Shown here: one piece after another, positions 10,237-20,000 of the stretch
Layout of the letters: every line of letters begins with the position of its first letter
Position numbering within the stretch: position 1 is the stretch's first letter
Origin: Catajapyx aquilonaris
Lineage: Eukaryota
Direction of reading: 5' to 3'
DNA length: 20,000 nt
Assembly (NCBI GenBank): GCA_000934665.2
Contig: KZ538380.1
Span: 56,687 to 76,686, forward strand
Program-made: the position numbers and the translations under genes
The notes under the pieces: generated by a model
The model's database searches: none
What the model saw: the letters and a program-made list of their open reading frames with translations, nothing else
Told to the model about the DNA's origin: nothing

Positions 10237-11359
10237 TAGTCATTAGCTCTTGCTTGTAGTTACAGGGACCTTCAAGTTCCCATCAAGATGCCCTCACGCA
10301 ACAAGACCATGCCAGGGGTCACACCATTTACTTCGAGACATCCATTTACATCGATTTCCTGCCATCTCGCGCCTCTCATTTTTTTTACACGTCCTGTCGT
10401 CGTAAATTAGACTCATCCGTCATCTACACTAACCGAGGCGCGATGGCCACCTCACTTGAGTTCGTATCATATAGTCATTCCAGAAAAAAAAACTGCACGG
10501 GATTTCGTGGGATTTGGAAGTAGACTTGGCAGGCACATGAAACAAAATTTCCCACCTAGCATATCTACTTGTATCTGTACATTTCTTCAAGGAAACATAA
10601 GGGACGAAGTGTTGGGGGAGGGAGCAGATATTTTGGAAACCCCCACGCGACCGCACAGGCTTTTTCTAGACCGGCTCTATCCGCATTCATCTTTTTAACA
10701 TCCAATCAGCATACAATGATTATCACTGAAAGATCATCTCACATAGAACCCCTGTATACCAATAAGTCATTTTTTTTACGAAAATGTCAGTTAGAACCGT
10801 GTCTTTCTGAGCCCGCGATGTATGTGCGTCGACTCCGCTAACCGAGGCGTGATTGGCTTCCTCAGATGATGACTTTTGGTTATTGTTCTCAAATAGAGCC
10901 CGTTTTAAGAATATCGAGTAAGCTATTAGATGATTGTATAACACTAATAACAGTATAAATTAAGTATATGAAGTGTATTTCAGTCTTGCATACCCCGCTG
11001 GAAGGTGATTCGGCATTTATGTGTCATCATCTCCATTCCCTCGATGTCCCAAAATTGGATACGAAGAATGGTGGCGATCAAAAAATTACCCTCCATGTGA
11101 CAGAAACTTCGTCGCATTCACGTTACGGACGTGATATGTTCTAGGGAGGGATGACTGATTATATGGGTCCGTATAACTCCGAAAGTAATTATTGTTTATT
11201 CGCATCAGTAATTATGCATGTGCTCAGAGTGTAACTATTCTGCATTGTTATTTCTTAGTACACGTGTCACATGTGCAAATTGTCACGACAGTTTCTTTTA
11301 TGTGCTTCCTCAGGGAGCTTGTGCGTTGTGCCCCATGCAAAATCAGTCACTTGTGTATA

Positions 11360-11755
11360 CCAGTACCGCTCATAAAGAATGGTACGACTCTAGAGGATGA
11401 AATGTTTATTCTGTTCCCAACCCCTGGGTCTCCAGCATGTTTAAGTGTCACAAGGAAGTCCGGGAAAGGGGAATCAAAAGAACCTAAAAAATATTATTAA
11501 AAAAACAAGGCAAAGTAGGAAAATTTTAGGGAGGAAATTCGGATCAAATCTACGTAAGCATTGTACAGTACCTGGTTCAACATTTTGGTCATTAAAATTT
11601 GTATTAAAATTTCGTGATGGGTCATACGAGTCATCAGAGGTCCAGAAAAGATTGTCCGTAGGGTCGCGTCGAAATAAGGTTGGGAAAACTGCTGGACGTG
11701 GTGGAAAAACATTTCGTCCATATAGAGTCGTACCATTCTTTATTAGCGGGACTGG
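11360..11755. mobile_element. Tc1/mariner-class MITE, ~50-bp TIRs, TA TSD
   Basis: ccagtaccgctcataaagaatggtacgactcta… vs …tagagtcgtaccattctttattagcgggactgg. TA at 11358-59 and 11756-57. Confidence 0.85.
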
Positions 11756-12388
11756 TACGTTGTCTCCACGTACCTACACACATGTACGAAACAAGAGTAT
11801 CTGTGTGCTGAAGTTAACTGCCCTTTCAACGATATTTTTTTTTCATCACTGATCGTTGAATTTCTCGGCTGTAATCATAGTATTAATGCCTATTTTCTTC
11901 AGGCACCTTTATTCATGTGTTGTAGGCCTACAGCCCCATTTGGTATCCTATCTTGGATGATGACCTCCACAATGCAGAATAATTATATTGCTCTCCCTAG
12001 AAATTTTCCATCATTAAAAATCACTTTTGCTTGGAACTTCACTTATTAAAAAGACAATTATTCTATGTGATGCACCTAGAAACTGATATATTTAGCTGGA
12101 GCTTATTGACTTTTTGTACAGTATTATTATTAAGTAGTATAATTCTCAGATGTGTTATAACACAACTGCCCTCGTTTATTGGGTAAATTTTTTCATATAA
12201 ATACTGTAGAATGAACAAGTGGGAATTGTTGATCACTGAAATGCTCCTCTCCTTGCACCTGCACTTGCGGTTGATCTTAAATGCACTTGAAATATTACAC
12301 CGGCACTGTAAGGGGCAAAAAAAATAATCTCGGAACAAAGTGGAAAAAATAAACATGCCGCCTTCTAAGAGCTATTTAAGAGATCATT

Positions 12389-12394
12389 TTTATT
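12389..12394 (-). terminator. Candidate polyadenylation signal AATAAA of the HLH-like gene
   Basis: tttatt on the + strand, about 50 nt after the stop codon. Confidence 0.5.
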
Positions 12395-12445
12395 GCAACC
12401 CCGGCAACAGATGCACATGGTAATGGCATTCATGCAATCGTCACA

Positions 12446-12574
12446 TTAGGAATCAGATTTCTCTGGATTCGACGACTGCTCCTGACGCTGAAGGCGTTCC
12501 CTCTTACGATTGTCTAAGAACGACAGGCTGCGATTAATCACGTCACGATAACGGTGATATTTTCGTAGCAATAA
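12446..12574 (-). CDS. Exon 3 (terminal) of the putative HLH-like gene: LLLRKYHRYRDVINRSLSFLDNRKRERLQRQEQSSNPEKSDS*
   Basis: Acceptor ctttgttgcag at 12575, phase 0 matching donor CAG|gtatgg at 12641 (67-bp intron). 42 open codons, TAA, then AATAAA. Confidence 0.6.
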   Translation of the reverse strand, partial: LLLRKYHRYRDVINRSLSFLDNRKRERLQRQEQSSNPEKSDS

Positions 12575-12641
12575 CTGCAACAAAGCAGACATGTCAGAAA
12601 ACAAGACCTCCCGGTACTCTCACGTCAAAATAGGGCCATAC

Positions 12642-12895
12642 CTGACAAAACCCAGGCTCGGGATCATCATCCTCTTCGCTGTCCGGTGCGGCATGCACGT
12701 CTGTTATGTGGGCCACTGTAAACGTCAGTTTCTCCAACGTTGAGAGAGAATCAAACGGTCGAATTTCGTGTGGCAGAGCACGTTGCTGTAGATCGGCATA
12801 TGCACGGCGCAAACCTGCAGCATAGGGGCCTTCACCACTCGATGTCCCCTCATCCTCACTCTGTTCAGTTGCAGGAGCCGTTGTTGATGATTGCC
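12642..12895 (-). CDS. Exon 2 of the putative gene; contains a divergent helix-loop-helix without a basic region
   Basis: Acceptor ttttgcttgttgaacag at 12896. 254 nt (2 nt + 84 codons), open: GQSSTTAPATEQSEDEGTSSGEGPYAAGLRRAYADLQQRALPHEIRPFDSLSTLEKLTFTVAHITDVHAAPDSEEDDDPEPGFCQ. Confidence 0.65.
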
Positions 12896-13063
12896 CTGTT
12901 CAACAAGCAAAATTTCTTTCAATGGCAAACAGTTGTTTTTTAGCATCCAGAAGTGCTAACTGATTGTTGAAAATTTTACATAACTTATCGCCGGATGTAA
13001 TCAAGGGCCTTCCATATTAGCCCATGAACAATGAGAATTTTCGCTTTTCGCTGTTATTACTGA

Positions 13064-13734
13064 CAAGGAACATATCTCGGGTGATAATAACAAATATTGA
13101 TGAAACTGAATATGCTAATAAGGACAATATATGATAACCAAAATTGAAGTCATCTCATGCTGAAACCCATATTTGCAAAAGTTATGACGTGTTAAAGTGA
13201 CAAAAATGGTAGGCCTACTACATTTCCATACACAATGGGATTACGTTATTAGCGACCATATATAATGACATTGAAGTGTGTAATCAGTTTTATTGTACCA
13301 AATACACTTTAAAAGTAAAGTAGTAGTCCTAATCGATGAGGTTAACACTCATGATATATGTCATGAGATGAGCTTCTTTTGTTCTGCATCACATTTCAAT
13401 ACTGGTATTAGTTTCTGTATCAACCATTCATTGAAAAGTGAACTGCATAATATGTTTAAATAAATTGTATGACAGTTAAATAATGTGTATTTGGTACAAT
13501 AAAACTGATTCCACACTTAAATGTCATTATATGGGGTCGCTAGCGTAATCTCATTGCGTATTGAAATGTATTGTATCATATCATTTTTGTCACTTTACCA
13601 CGTCATAATTTTTGCAAATATGGGCTTCAGCACGAAATGGCTTCATTTTTGGTTATCATACGTAACTTATTGTCCTTTATTAGCATATTCAGTTTCATCA
13701 AGATCCGTTATTATTACCCGAGATATGTTCCTTG
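13064..13734. mobile_element. Large foldback MITE, ~245-bp inverted arms, 177-bp spacer, in intron 1
   Basis: caaggaacatatctcggg…ttattgtaccaaatacac (13064-13307) inverted at 13485-13734. Flanks tga/cga. Confidence 0.9.
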
Positions 13735-14184
13735 CGAGAATTTTTTCGCCACAGAGTAGCAGGCGAGTGACTCATTCCACTGACTGATTCAGTGACCATC
13801 AACTCCTTTGCAAAGTAATTACCGTTGTGTGATACCAATTCCATGCAATGTTTTCCATGTCAGATGCGAGACAAGTTAAATATTCTTGAAAAACACAGAC
13901 AATCCGGATCTTTTACTGTCACGTTACTGCTCAGAAACCAATAATGCTCAAAGGAAGCCAGTTACGCCACTGAGAAGAATAATGATTACTCTTTCCAATG
14001 CACCATTAATTCAATTTTACAGAAACCGTAGCCAGTCCAGCACTTTCAAAGTGAATTTTCTTCTCAATATTCTGAAAACTACAATTAGCTCTTGCTGGAG
14101 ACTGGAGACTGTAAAAATTATATTATTCGTCTGGGTGTTCTGCACTGTTAGGCTTATCTGTGACTAAAAGTACATTGAAAAGTA

Positions 14185-14284
14185 CAAAGGGCGTTCATTA
14201 AGTTTTAAGCCCAACCACATGAAAGAAAAAAGTGTATTTTATTGTTTCATGGTTGGGTTTAAAACGACTTAATGAACGCCCTCG
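14185..14284. mobile_element. 100-bp mariner-derived (MADE-like) MITE, TA TSD, in intron 1
   Basis: caaagggcgttcattaagttttaagcccaacc… / …ggttgggtttaaaacgacttaatgaacgccctcg. TA at 14183-84 and 14285-86. Confidence 0.85.
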
Positions 14285-14316
14285 TACACTCGCTCTAAAT
14301 CGAGAAGGGGCCCCAC

Positions 14317-14389
14317 CTGCTTGACCTGCTGCACCCTGTTCGTCTGCATCCTCCGGTTCCGAGGCGGGCTCATTTCCAGCAGCTTCCAT
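14317..14389 (-). CDS. Exon 1 of the putative HLH-like gene: MEAAGNEPASEPEDADEQGAAGQA(G)
   Basis: ATG at 14389. 73 nt ending GCAG|gtgggg, phase 1, which matches the exon 2 acceptor phase. GC-rich with acidic composition similar to exon 2. Confidence 0.5.
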
Positions 14390-15526
14390 CTGGTTATTTT
14401 ATTTGTCCATGTCCATTGTTCCAGAAAAAACGCTTCAAACTATGGCAGAATAACGACGCCTAGAATCAACAAGAAAAATGTGTCACAAGTCGATGTCAAA
14501 GTTGTTGTGTCACTGGGTGAATCGGGTGAGATTGCGGGGGTGTCTTGTTATGGACCACGGAGGCTTGAGTTTGTTTTATGAGGTAGGAAGACAGCCTCGT
14601 GCGAGGCTCGCCGAAAAAATAGGTTCTAGGCAACGTGTGTATAATTGGACCACGATAACGACCCTGAGGTGACCTCGAGTAACGGCATAGAGAGGTCATA
14701 TCTTACCGAGCGTGTGATGGGAACTAACCACTGGCAAGCGTCCTGTACCACTGCACTGCTTAAGGTTGCCAACAGCCAATGTGCGAAACATGACCCTATG
14801 CCTGACGGTCTTCGGTATTTACGAGGCAAGCGAGGGTCTGAGATAAGACTCTATCGCTTTTTTGTTTTCCTGACGAGAGTGCAGGTTCGGATTTCTGCAC
14901 TCATTAGGTACCATGAAGTGCTGCATTGATGTGGGCCCAGAAGTGGCTCACATTTGACAGTATAATATATGGTACTGCTTTGAGAATAGGCCTACATACA
15001 ACTCACAAGTGTCTGGCAGGGTGATTTTACTGTTATTTCCACATTTGATAATTCCAGCTTCCAGAAATTTCACATAAAGTTCCTTTCTCATCCTGGCACA
15101 GCACCAATACTATACCCTGTATACAATGGCCAAGCTAGTTACTGGAAGCACATTAATTTTCCGACTTCCCAGCTAGGATTGGGCTAATAATTGGGTAATA
15201 TTAATGGAGGTATACCAGTATGCTACTATTGCTGAAGTGCAGTTAACTATAACTTTTTCGGGGGGGGGGGGGTCATAACTTAGTAATCCGTTTCTGCGTA
15301 TGTGCAGCTAATATTAAATGAGAACTCCGTCTCATTTATTCTCATGTGTTTACCTTCTTACTCCTCTGCATCACGTGATGGACTGATTGGAGTAATACCA
15401 AGTATAAGGAAACTTAAAGCATTATTCTCAAAAAAGCGCGCACAATTTGGATTATATTTCACCCTTTTTTGCGCGGTTGATTTGGCTCCGACATGGCAAT
15501 GAAATTTGACAAATGAAATCGACCTA

Positions 15527-15784
15527 TAGTCAAAGGACATCCTAGAATGCACTTCTGGAACCTCCCACTTTTCACATTTCCATGTAAATGACATTGTTTA
15601 CTCAAATTGTTGTGTGAGAGGGCCAATCGGAAGCCTCGAGGTAACAATATATGCTGGACCATATTGTTACCTCGAGGCTTCCGATTGGCCCTTTCACACA
15701 ACAATGTGAGTAAACAATGTCGTTTACATGGAAACGTGAAAAGTGGGAGGTTCCAGAAGTGCATTCTAGGATGTCCTTTGACTA
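15527..15784. mobile_element. Near-perfect palindromic MITE (124-bp arms, 10-nt loop), TA-flanked
   Basis: tagtcaaaggacat…gtaacaatat [atgctggacc] atattgttac…atgtcctttgacta. 4 mismatches between the arms. Confidence 0.9.
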
Positions 15785-16609
15785 TATAACTTATGTTAGG
15801 GTCAAAGTTCCAAGCCAGTGCCGAGGGTTCGGTTTACTACTTTACACTGACAGAGTCACTTATTCATGCCACTTGCAGAGTTTAGGTTTTAAAATATATC
15901 CAAAACATACCGTGATTTTTTTGAATTATTTTCTTACGACTTTTGTAGAGGAAGGTTTCAACTTCCCAACCATAAAATCATTCAGTTAATTTAGCTAAGA
16001 GGTAAGCGCAGAAAAATTCTTGTTCCTGGTGGCCTTCTTTTGGACCTTACTTAAACGGGTTATGTCAATCCAACGATATGGTAACACACTAACTTCCAAC
16101 AGACTTAACCTGCAAATATTCTGCATAGCGCACAACAGGAACAGACTTGAGCTAAATCAAATCTTGTAAAACACAGGATAGGCTCCATCATACATATCAA
16201 GCACATGGGGAAGAAAAGAACAATTCGATATTTCCAAAGGGTATAAACAGCGTAGTAAATCAAGGACCCTGGAATCCGAGCTGATAAGGAGGCCAGGCAT
16301 TCCAAAGCGTGGGATTAGCAACCGGCAGAAAATTATTCCGGGGGGGGTGGGGGGGGCGGAAACCGCTGTCATCACACTGGCCCTTATCAGTAATCCAGCC
16401 CGTTTGGTTTGAGGTCAGACAAACAGCCATTGATAGGGTCCACCTCAGCTGCTTCCCATGCTTCCTCTGACCTCAGGTGACCTGGAGCATTTTTAGAGTC
16501 CCTGGCATCCTCGTGTACGTAACTTCAACTCTTCAAGTAGCTGTGAAACATGGATCGAAAAAACACGAGTCGTGTCCACAGTTTCGTAGTAGCCTAGCTA
16601 TGTATGATA

Positions 16610-17041
16610 CAGGGTGCGGAAAAACAGCGTAAATCTTTGAGGGATGGTAGAGGGGATCTAGGCAATCAATTTATGTACAAGTAGACTAATTATGTGTCGT
16701 GGGTCTGCGCCGCCTAGTTACCGATATAATGGACTTCAAACACATATAAAATATCCTGATGTCCAGGTGTGCGTCACTCTATGCGACCTTTTCCATTTAC
16801 ATTTTAGGTGTTTCCATGCAATATTGAATTTGTAATATACGGTACCCGTACGATCCCATTCGGCGTATCAGGCAATGGCCCTACCTAGGCGATGGAAGTG
16901 TCGTAGGCTGTATCTAATACCACATAGATGATGTTAATTATCTCGACATCTAGGATGCGCAAGCATAAAATGATCGCATAAATCCCAGGCTCTACCATCC
17001 CCCAAAGTTTCTGCAAGTTATGTTTCCGCACGCGCACCCTG
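16610..17041. mobile_element. Old Tc1/mariner-class MITE with CAGGGTG termini
   Basis: TA-cagggtgcggaaa…ctttgagggatggtagag vs ctctaccatcccccaaag…tttccgcac…caccctg-TG. Confidence 0.7.
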
Positions 17042-17089
17042 TGTTTGTTCTGCCATATAAATGGGTCATTGAATTACCTTAGGTATATC

Positions 17090-17264
17090 CAGGGTGTCTG
17101 CTGGATCGGGCTCACCAAGCTGCACAAAAATAATAAATTATTTCAAGCGATATTGGCGGTAATTAAAAACGACCCGCATTCTTGGAACACCCTGTACAGG
17201 TGTAGGCCCCCTTTTGCGACGGGTTTAGGTTCCAACAAAACGGTCGTAAAACGAGGACTACTTG
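17090..17264. mobile_element. Two small adjacent TA-targeting MITE remnants (CAGGGTGT type 17090-17194; pogo-like 17197-17264)
   Basis: cagggtgt…acaccctg, TA, then caggtgtaggccccc-ttttgcgac…gtcgtaaaacgaggactacttg, TA. Confidence 0.5.
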
Positions 17265-18339
17265 TATATTTACAGACCAGGGCAGGCCCTAGTTTAATAC
17301 GTATCCAATAATGCATTTTGTTGACTGTCTTCTTAAAGTATGCTACAACTTGGCTAATTAAACATTACTAGGCCATTTGTGCATAATTATTACCAGTTGT
17401 TTCGTATAAAATCACCTTTGCAGATACCTGTAGGAAGGCATAATATTATTGAACTGTTAATCGCACAAAAATATCAAAAAGAGCCGATTTTGATATTATT
17501 GACATTTAAATTAAGCCTAATGGTACCTTTCCCCAAAAATTGTGTCCCGACATGACGCGTAACTGTCACTTAGTGATTAATATTAGTATACTCACAAAAA
17601 GCCTACACCAAGTGTGTTCTACTCCCCGCGAGGGATAATTATGTCACTTCACTTTTTCAATCACACTCCTCGCCCACGCACCCAAATGAAGGCTACGAAA
17701 AATTTAGTTACGAACAGTAAATATACTGTATGTAGCAAAACCCTTCGCTCACTCACTCTCGACGCACAGCTGTCACTTACCAGAGGTCCTTTTCCGAACT
17801 AAACCAGCATACACCATACCTAGAAAATCAAGACACGGAACCCCCTTGCCATGATTCATGAGTTATCGCTACCCACGAACTTCCAGACCTTGTTTTTAAA
17901 TGATTCCAGTATGCATCAAGCACATGGCAACCCCCCTAGCCGCGGACACCTGGACCCCCTGAGACTGCCTTCAATTATCTCTTACCGGGACCAGTGCAAG
18001 ACCCCTGTTTTCTGTAAGTCAATTGAAAACAGTTACCCTACTACCGGCTCCCACCTGCAGCACTTCACTCTGTTATTAAAATCAATGTTATCAAATATGG
18101 GCACTTTATGTTTTTCTGGTCATTTATAATAATTATCCATGGAGGTATCATGGAGGTGACCCTGTTACCGGCTAGATGTTTTTGTGCGCAGTCGCAATTG
18201 TCACGGCTGCCAACTGTAACAGGCGATGTGGAGGCATACTCCAAAAAATTTATTTTGGATAGAAAATAATTTTATTGGGTTGCAATTACCTTATCATAGC
18301 ATGCACCTAACTTTTCACAAGTATTACTTCCAGAGTGGA

Positions 18340-19360
18340 GCCTGCAGCCCTTCATCTGTATCGGATTTAGTCGAGAGTGAGTTGGTCACACTGCGTAACG
18401 ATGGAAGTGGCAACAACAGTGCAGGCAAAACTCTCTTCACCTCTATCAAAGATGGTGGCCACAGCCTATTCCTTTTTTTTCCCGGCGTACGGCTGCGATT
18501 GACAAACGGAATTACACATGTGGAATTTGCGAATTGATGCAGCAGGAGATGTGCACATTCAATCTGAACAACGATCTGAACAATTACTAACGTCCCTATG
18601 CCGATGGCGGGATACTGTATCGACACCGTATAAGCGGTGTTGCCACTTCTTTCCTTGCCCTTTTTTGCCATGTGACGTCATTGGATTGGTTTTTCGCGGT
18701 TCTTCGAAAATAACAATTTAAGCAATACGGAAAGGTGTACTTTTCTTTTCCGAATTACGATCTATACATTATTCCCCACATTTTACATATTTTATTTTAA
18801 AATTCTCATTTACTAAGGATTTTTATGTGGACTCTTGGAAATTCTGCCATAAGCCCCCATGTTAAATCGCGAACTTCTGAGCCCTCCAGTTGGCTAATTT
18901 GGACGGTGACGTGTATTTTTTTTTGCACCATTGATAAGAGAACACAAAACTGTCTAACATATGTTTTTTTCCATAAAATTCTCATTATGTGACTCTAGCT
19001 TCATATCCACCTTAAGTGGATCCACGTAGAATTTCTGAACGATATACAAACGTGGTCCACGCTGCACATAGCAGCGGCAGCAAAAGGTCTTCTCATCCGT
19101 CACAAGAGTCCACTTACAAGGTTACACCAAACGGAAGTAACCGCAAGACACTTGCACTATGTGGGTTTAACATTCACATACCACACAACAGTCGGAAATA
19201 AGTACACGTATAATGACCAAAAAATACCAGGTCAAGCAGTACGACTCCCAAGAGCAAGGGAGCACACGACCCTCACAGCGTTGTCCAACATCTTTGAATT
19301 AATGCCCCCAAGAAAGCTTGCAATCAGTTCGTGAGTCCAAAGGCAAAACTATCAAAAGGG
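18340..19360 (-). pseudogene. Highly decayed non-LTR retrotransposon (CR1/L2-group-like) RT remnant
   Basis: Colinear degenerate motifs: LTN(W)IASFL (~19330), GS..P..FLVII (~19230), WYVNV (YVDD-like, ~19175), LL..GVTL (~19125), RLYIVQK (~19050), ESFACTV…TQCDQLTLD..IQ/RRAA (~18430-18345). Many frameshifts. Confidence 0.4.
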
Positions 19361-20000
19361 GCGCACGTATAACACCAGACAAGCCATTATTATAGTTACC
19401 TTCACAAAATTATGGACCAAGTGTGAGAGATCAAACTTGTAGTTAATAAGCAGGGTAAAACGTGTTAATATTAAACTTCCACAGCAATTTGATTACTGTC
19501 CTACATTGTGACATAACTTACTATTTTTGAGTCCAATAATAATGTGCCATATCGAGGTAGGTAGTCGGCTGAAAATTGGGCTAGAAAGGAAATAAGCTTT
19601 TTCGCGTATTAATTCCGTTGCTGTTAATAATGCAAATCTAAGAATATTCTACTCCAAAGTAAAATAATTGAAAATCAGAGGACCACAATAGTACAAGTAA
19701 TATGGTATATCGCATAATTATGTCTTGCTGCCAGTGCACACTTTTTTGGGGAGCAGCTTGCAAGTAATTTTTGTGGGTAATTAAATTTACAAGTGACTGA
19801 TTCTAATTATGGTACAGAATATACAGGGTGATCAAACTTTTTTGTCGTTTTAGTTATTGACAAATTAGGCCTAAGCTGCTTATATTGTAGCCCGTTCCCT
19901 GGCAACCCCGTCCGGCGGGCCAATTCAAACATCGGCCCATGGAGAGCGCTTCCATTGTTGCCACTGTTTACAAATCGAGTGAGTGACGCAGACGACCCAG

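Noticed and set aside
10240..10362. YRDLQVP…NK / YIDFL HLH-like words on the plus strand
   Set aside because: They are in different frames, and YIDFL sits in a short tandem duplication (ccatttac.tcga); likely chance.
11608..11640. CTGATGA…GAAA on the minus strand
   Set aside because: Stem II does not close directly on the core boxes, and it lies within a MITE.
12063..12305. Alternative Cys-rich exon CRCNISSAFKINRKCRCKER with a good phase-0 acceptor at 12306
   Set aside because: It lies downstream of the stop and AATAAA of the better-supported terminal exon, and runs into AT-rich non-coding-like sequence. It cannot be excluded as an alternative exon.
14645..14929. 94-aa plus-strand ORF divergent from the HLH gene
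   Set aside because: TTG start, no recognisable motif or splice structure.
15302..15989. Mirror-image ORF pairs on both strands
   Set aside because: A consequence of the 15527-15784 palindrome.
18324..18690. 115-aa ORF with adjacent CRE (TGACGTCA) and CCAAT boxes
   Set aside because: No recognisable protein, the ORF overlaps a LINE remnant, and the motifs abut the ATG, leaving no room for a TSS.

Overview
AT-rich animal genomic DNA, probably from a marine invertebrate (inferred from spliceosomal introns, a V/Meta-type tRNA-SINE and strong TAGGCCTA enrichment), with one 264-N assembly gap. Most of the window is non-autonomous DNA transposons and foldback palindromes with Tc1/mariner, pogo, Harbinger, piggyBac and Sola-like termini. 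It also holds decayed mariner, Sola-like and LINE RT coding remnants. The ORF track is almost all noise. The main non-repeat signal is a hand-built three-exon minus-strand gene (14389-14317, 12895-12642, 12574-12446; 151 aa; AATAAA at 12389). It encodes an acidic protein with a divergent helix-loop-helix and no basic region, so it may be an Id-like inhibitor derived from a TCF23/24-like gene. Other oddities are a 15-bp motif phased at exactly 181 bp inside a 2-kb transposon, a nested 2.3-kb Sola1-like element, and hammerhead-ribozyme-like remnants. All family assignments come from motif recognition by eye, not database searches.
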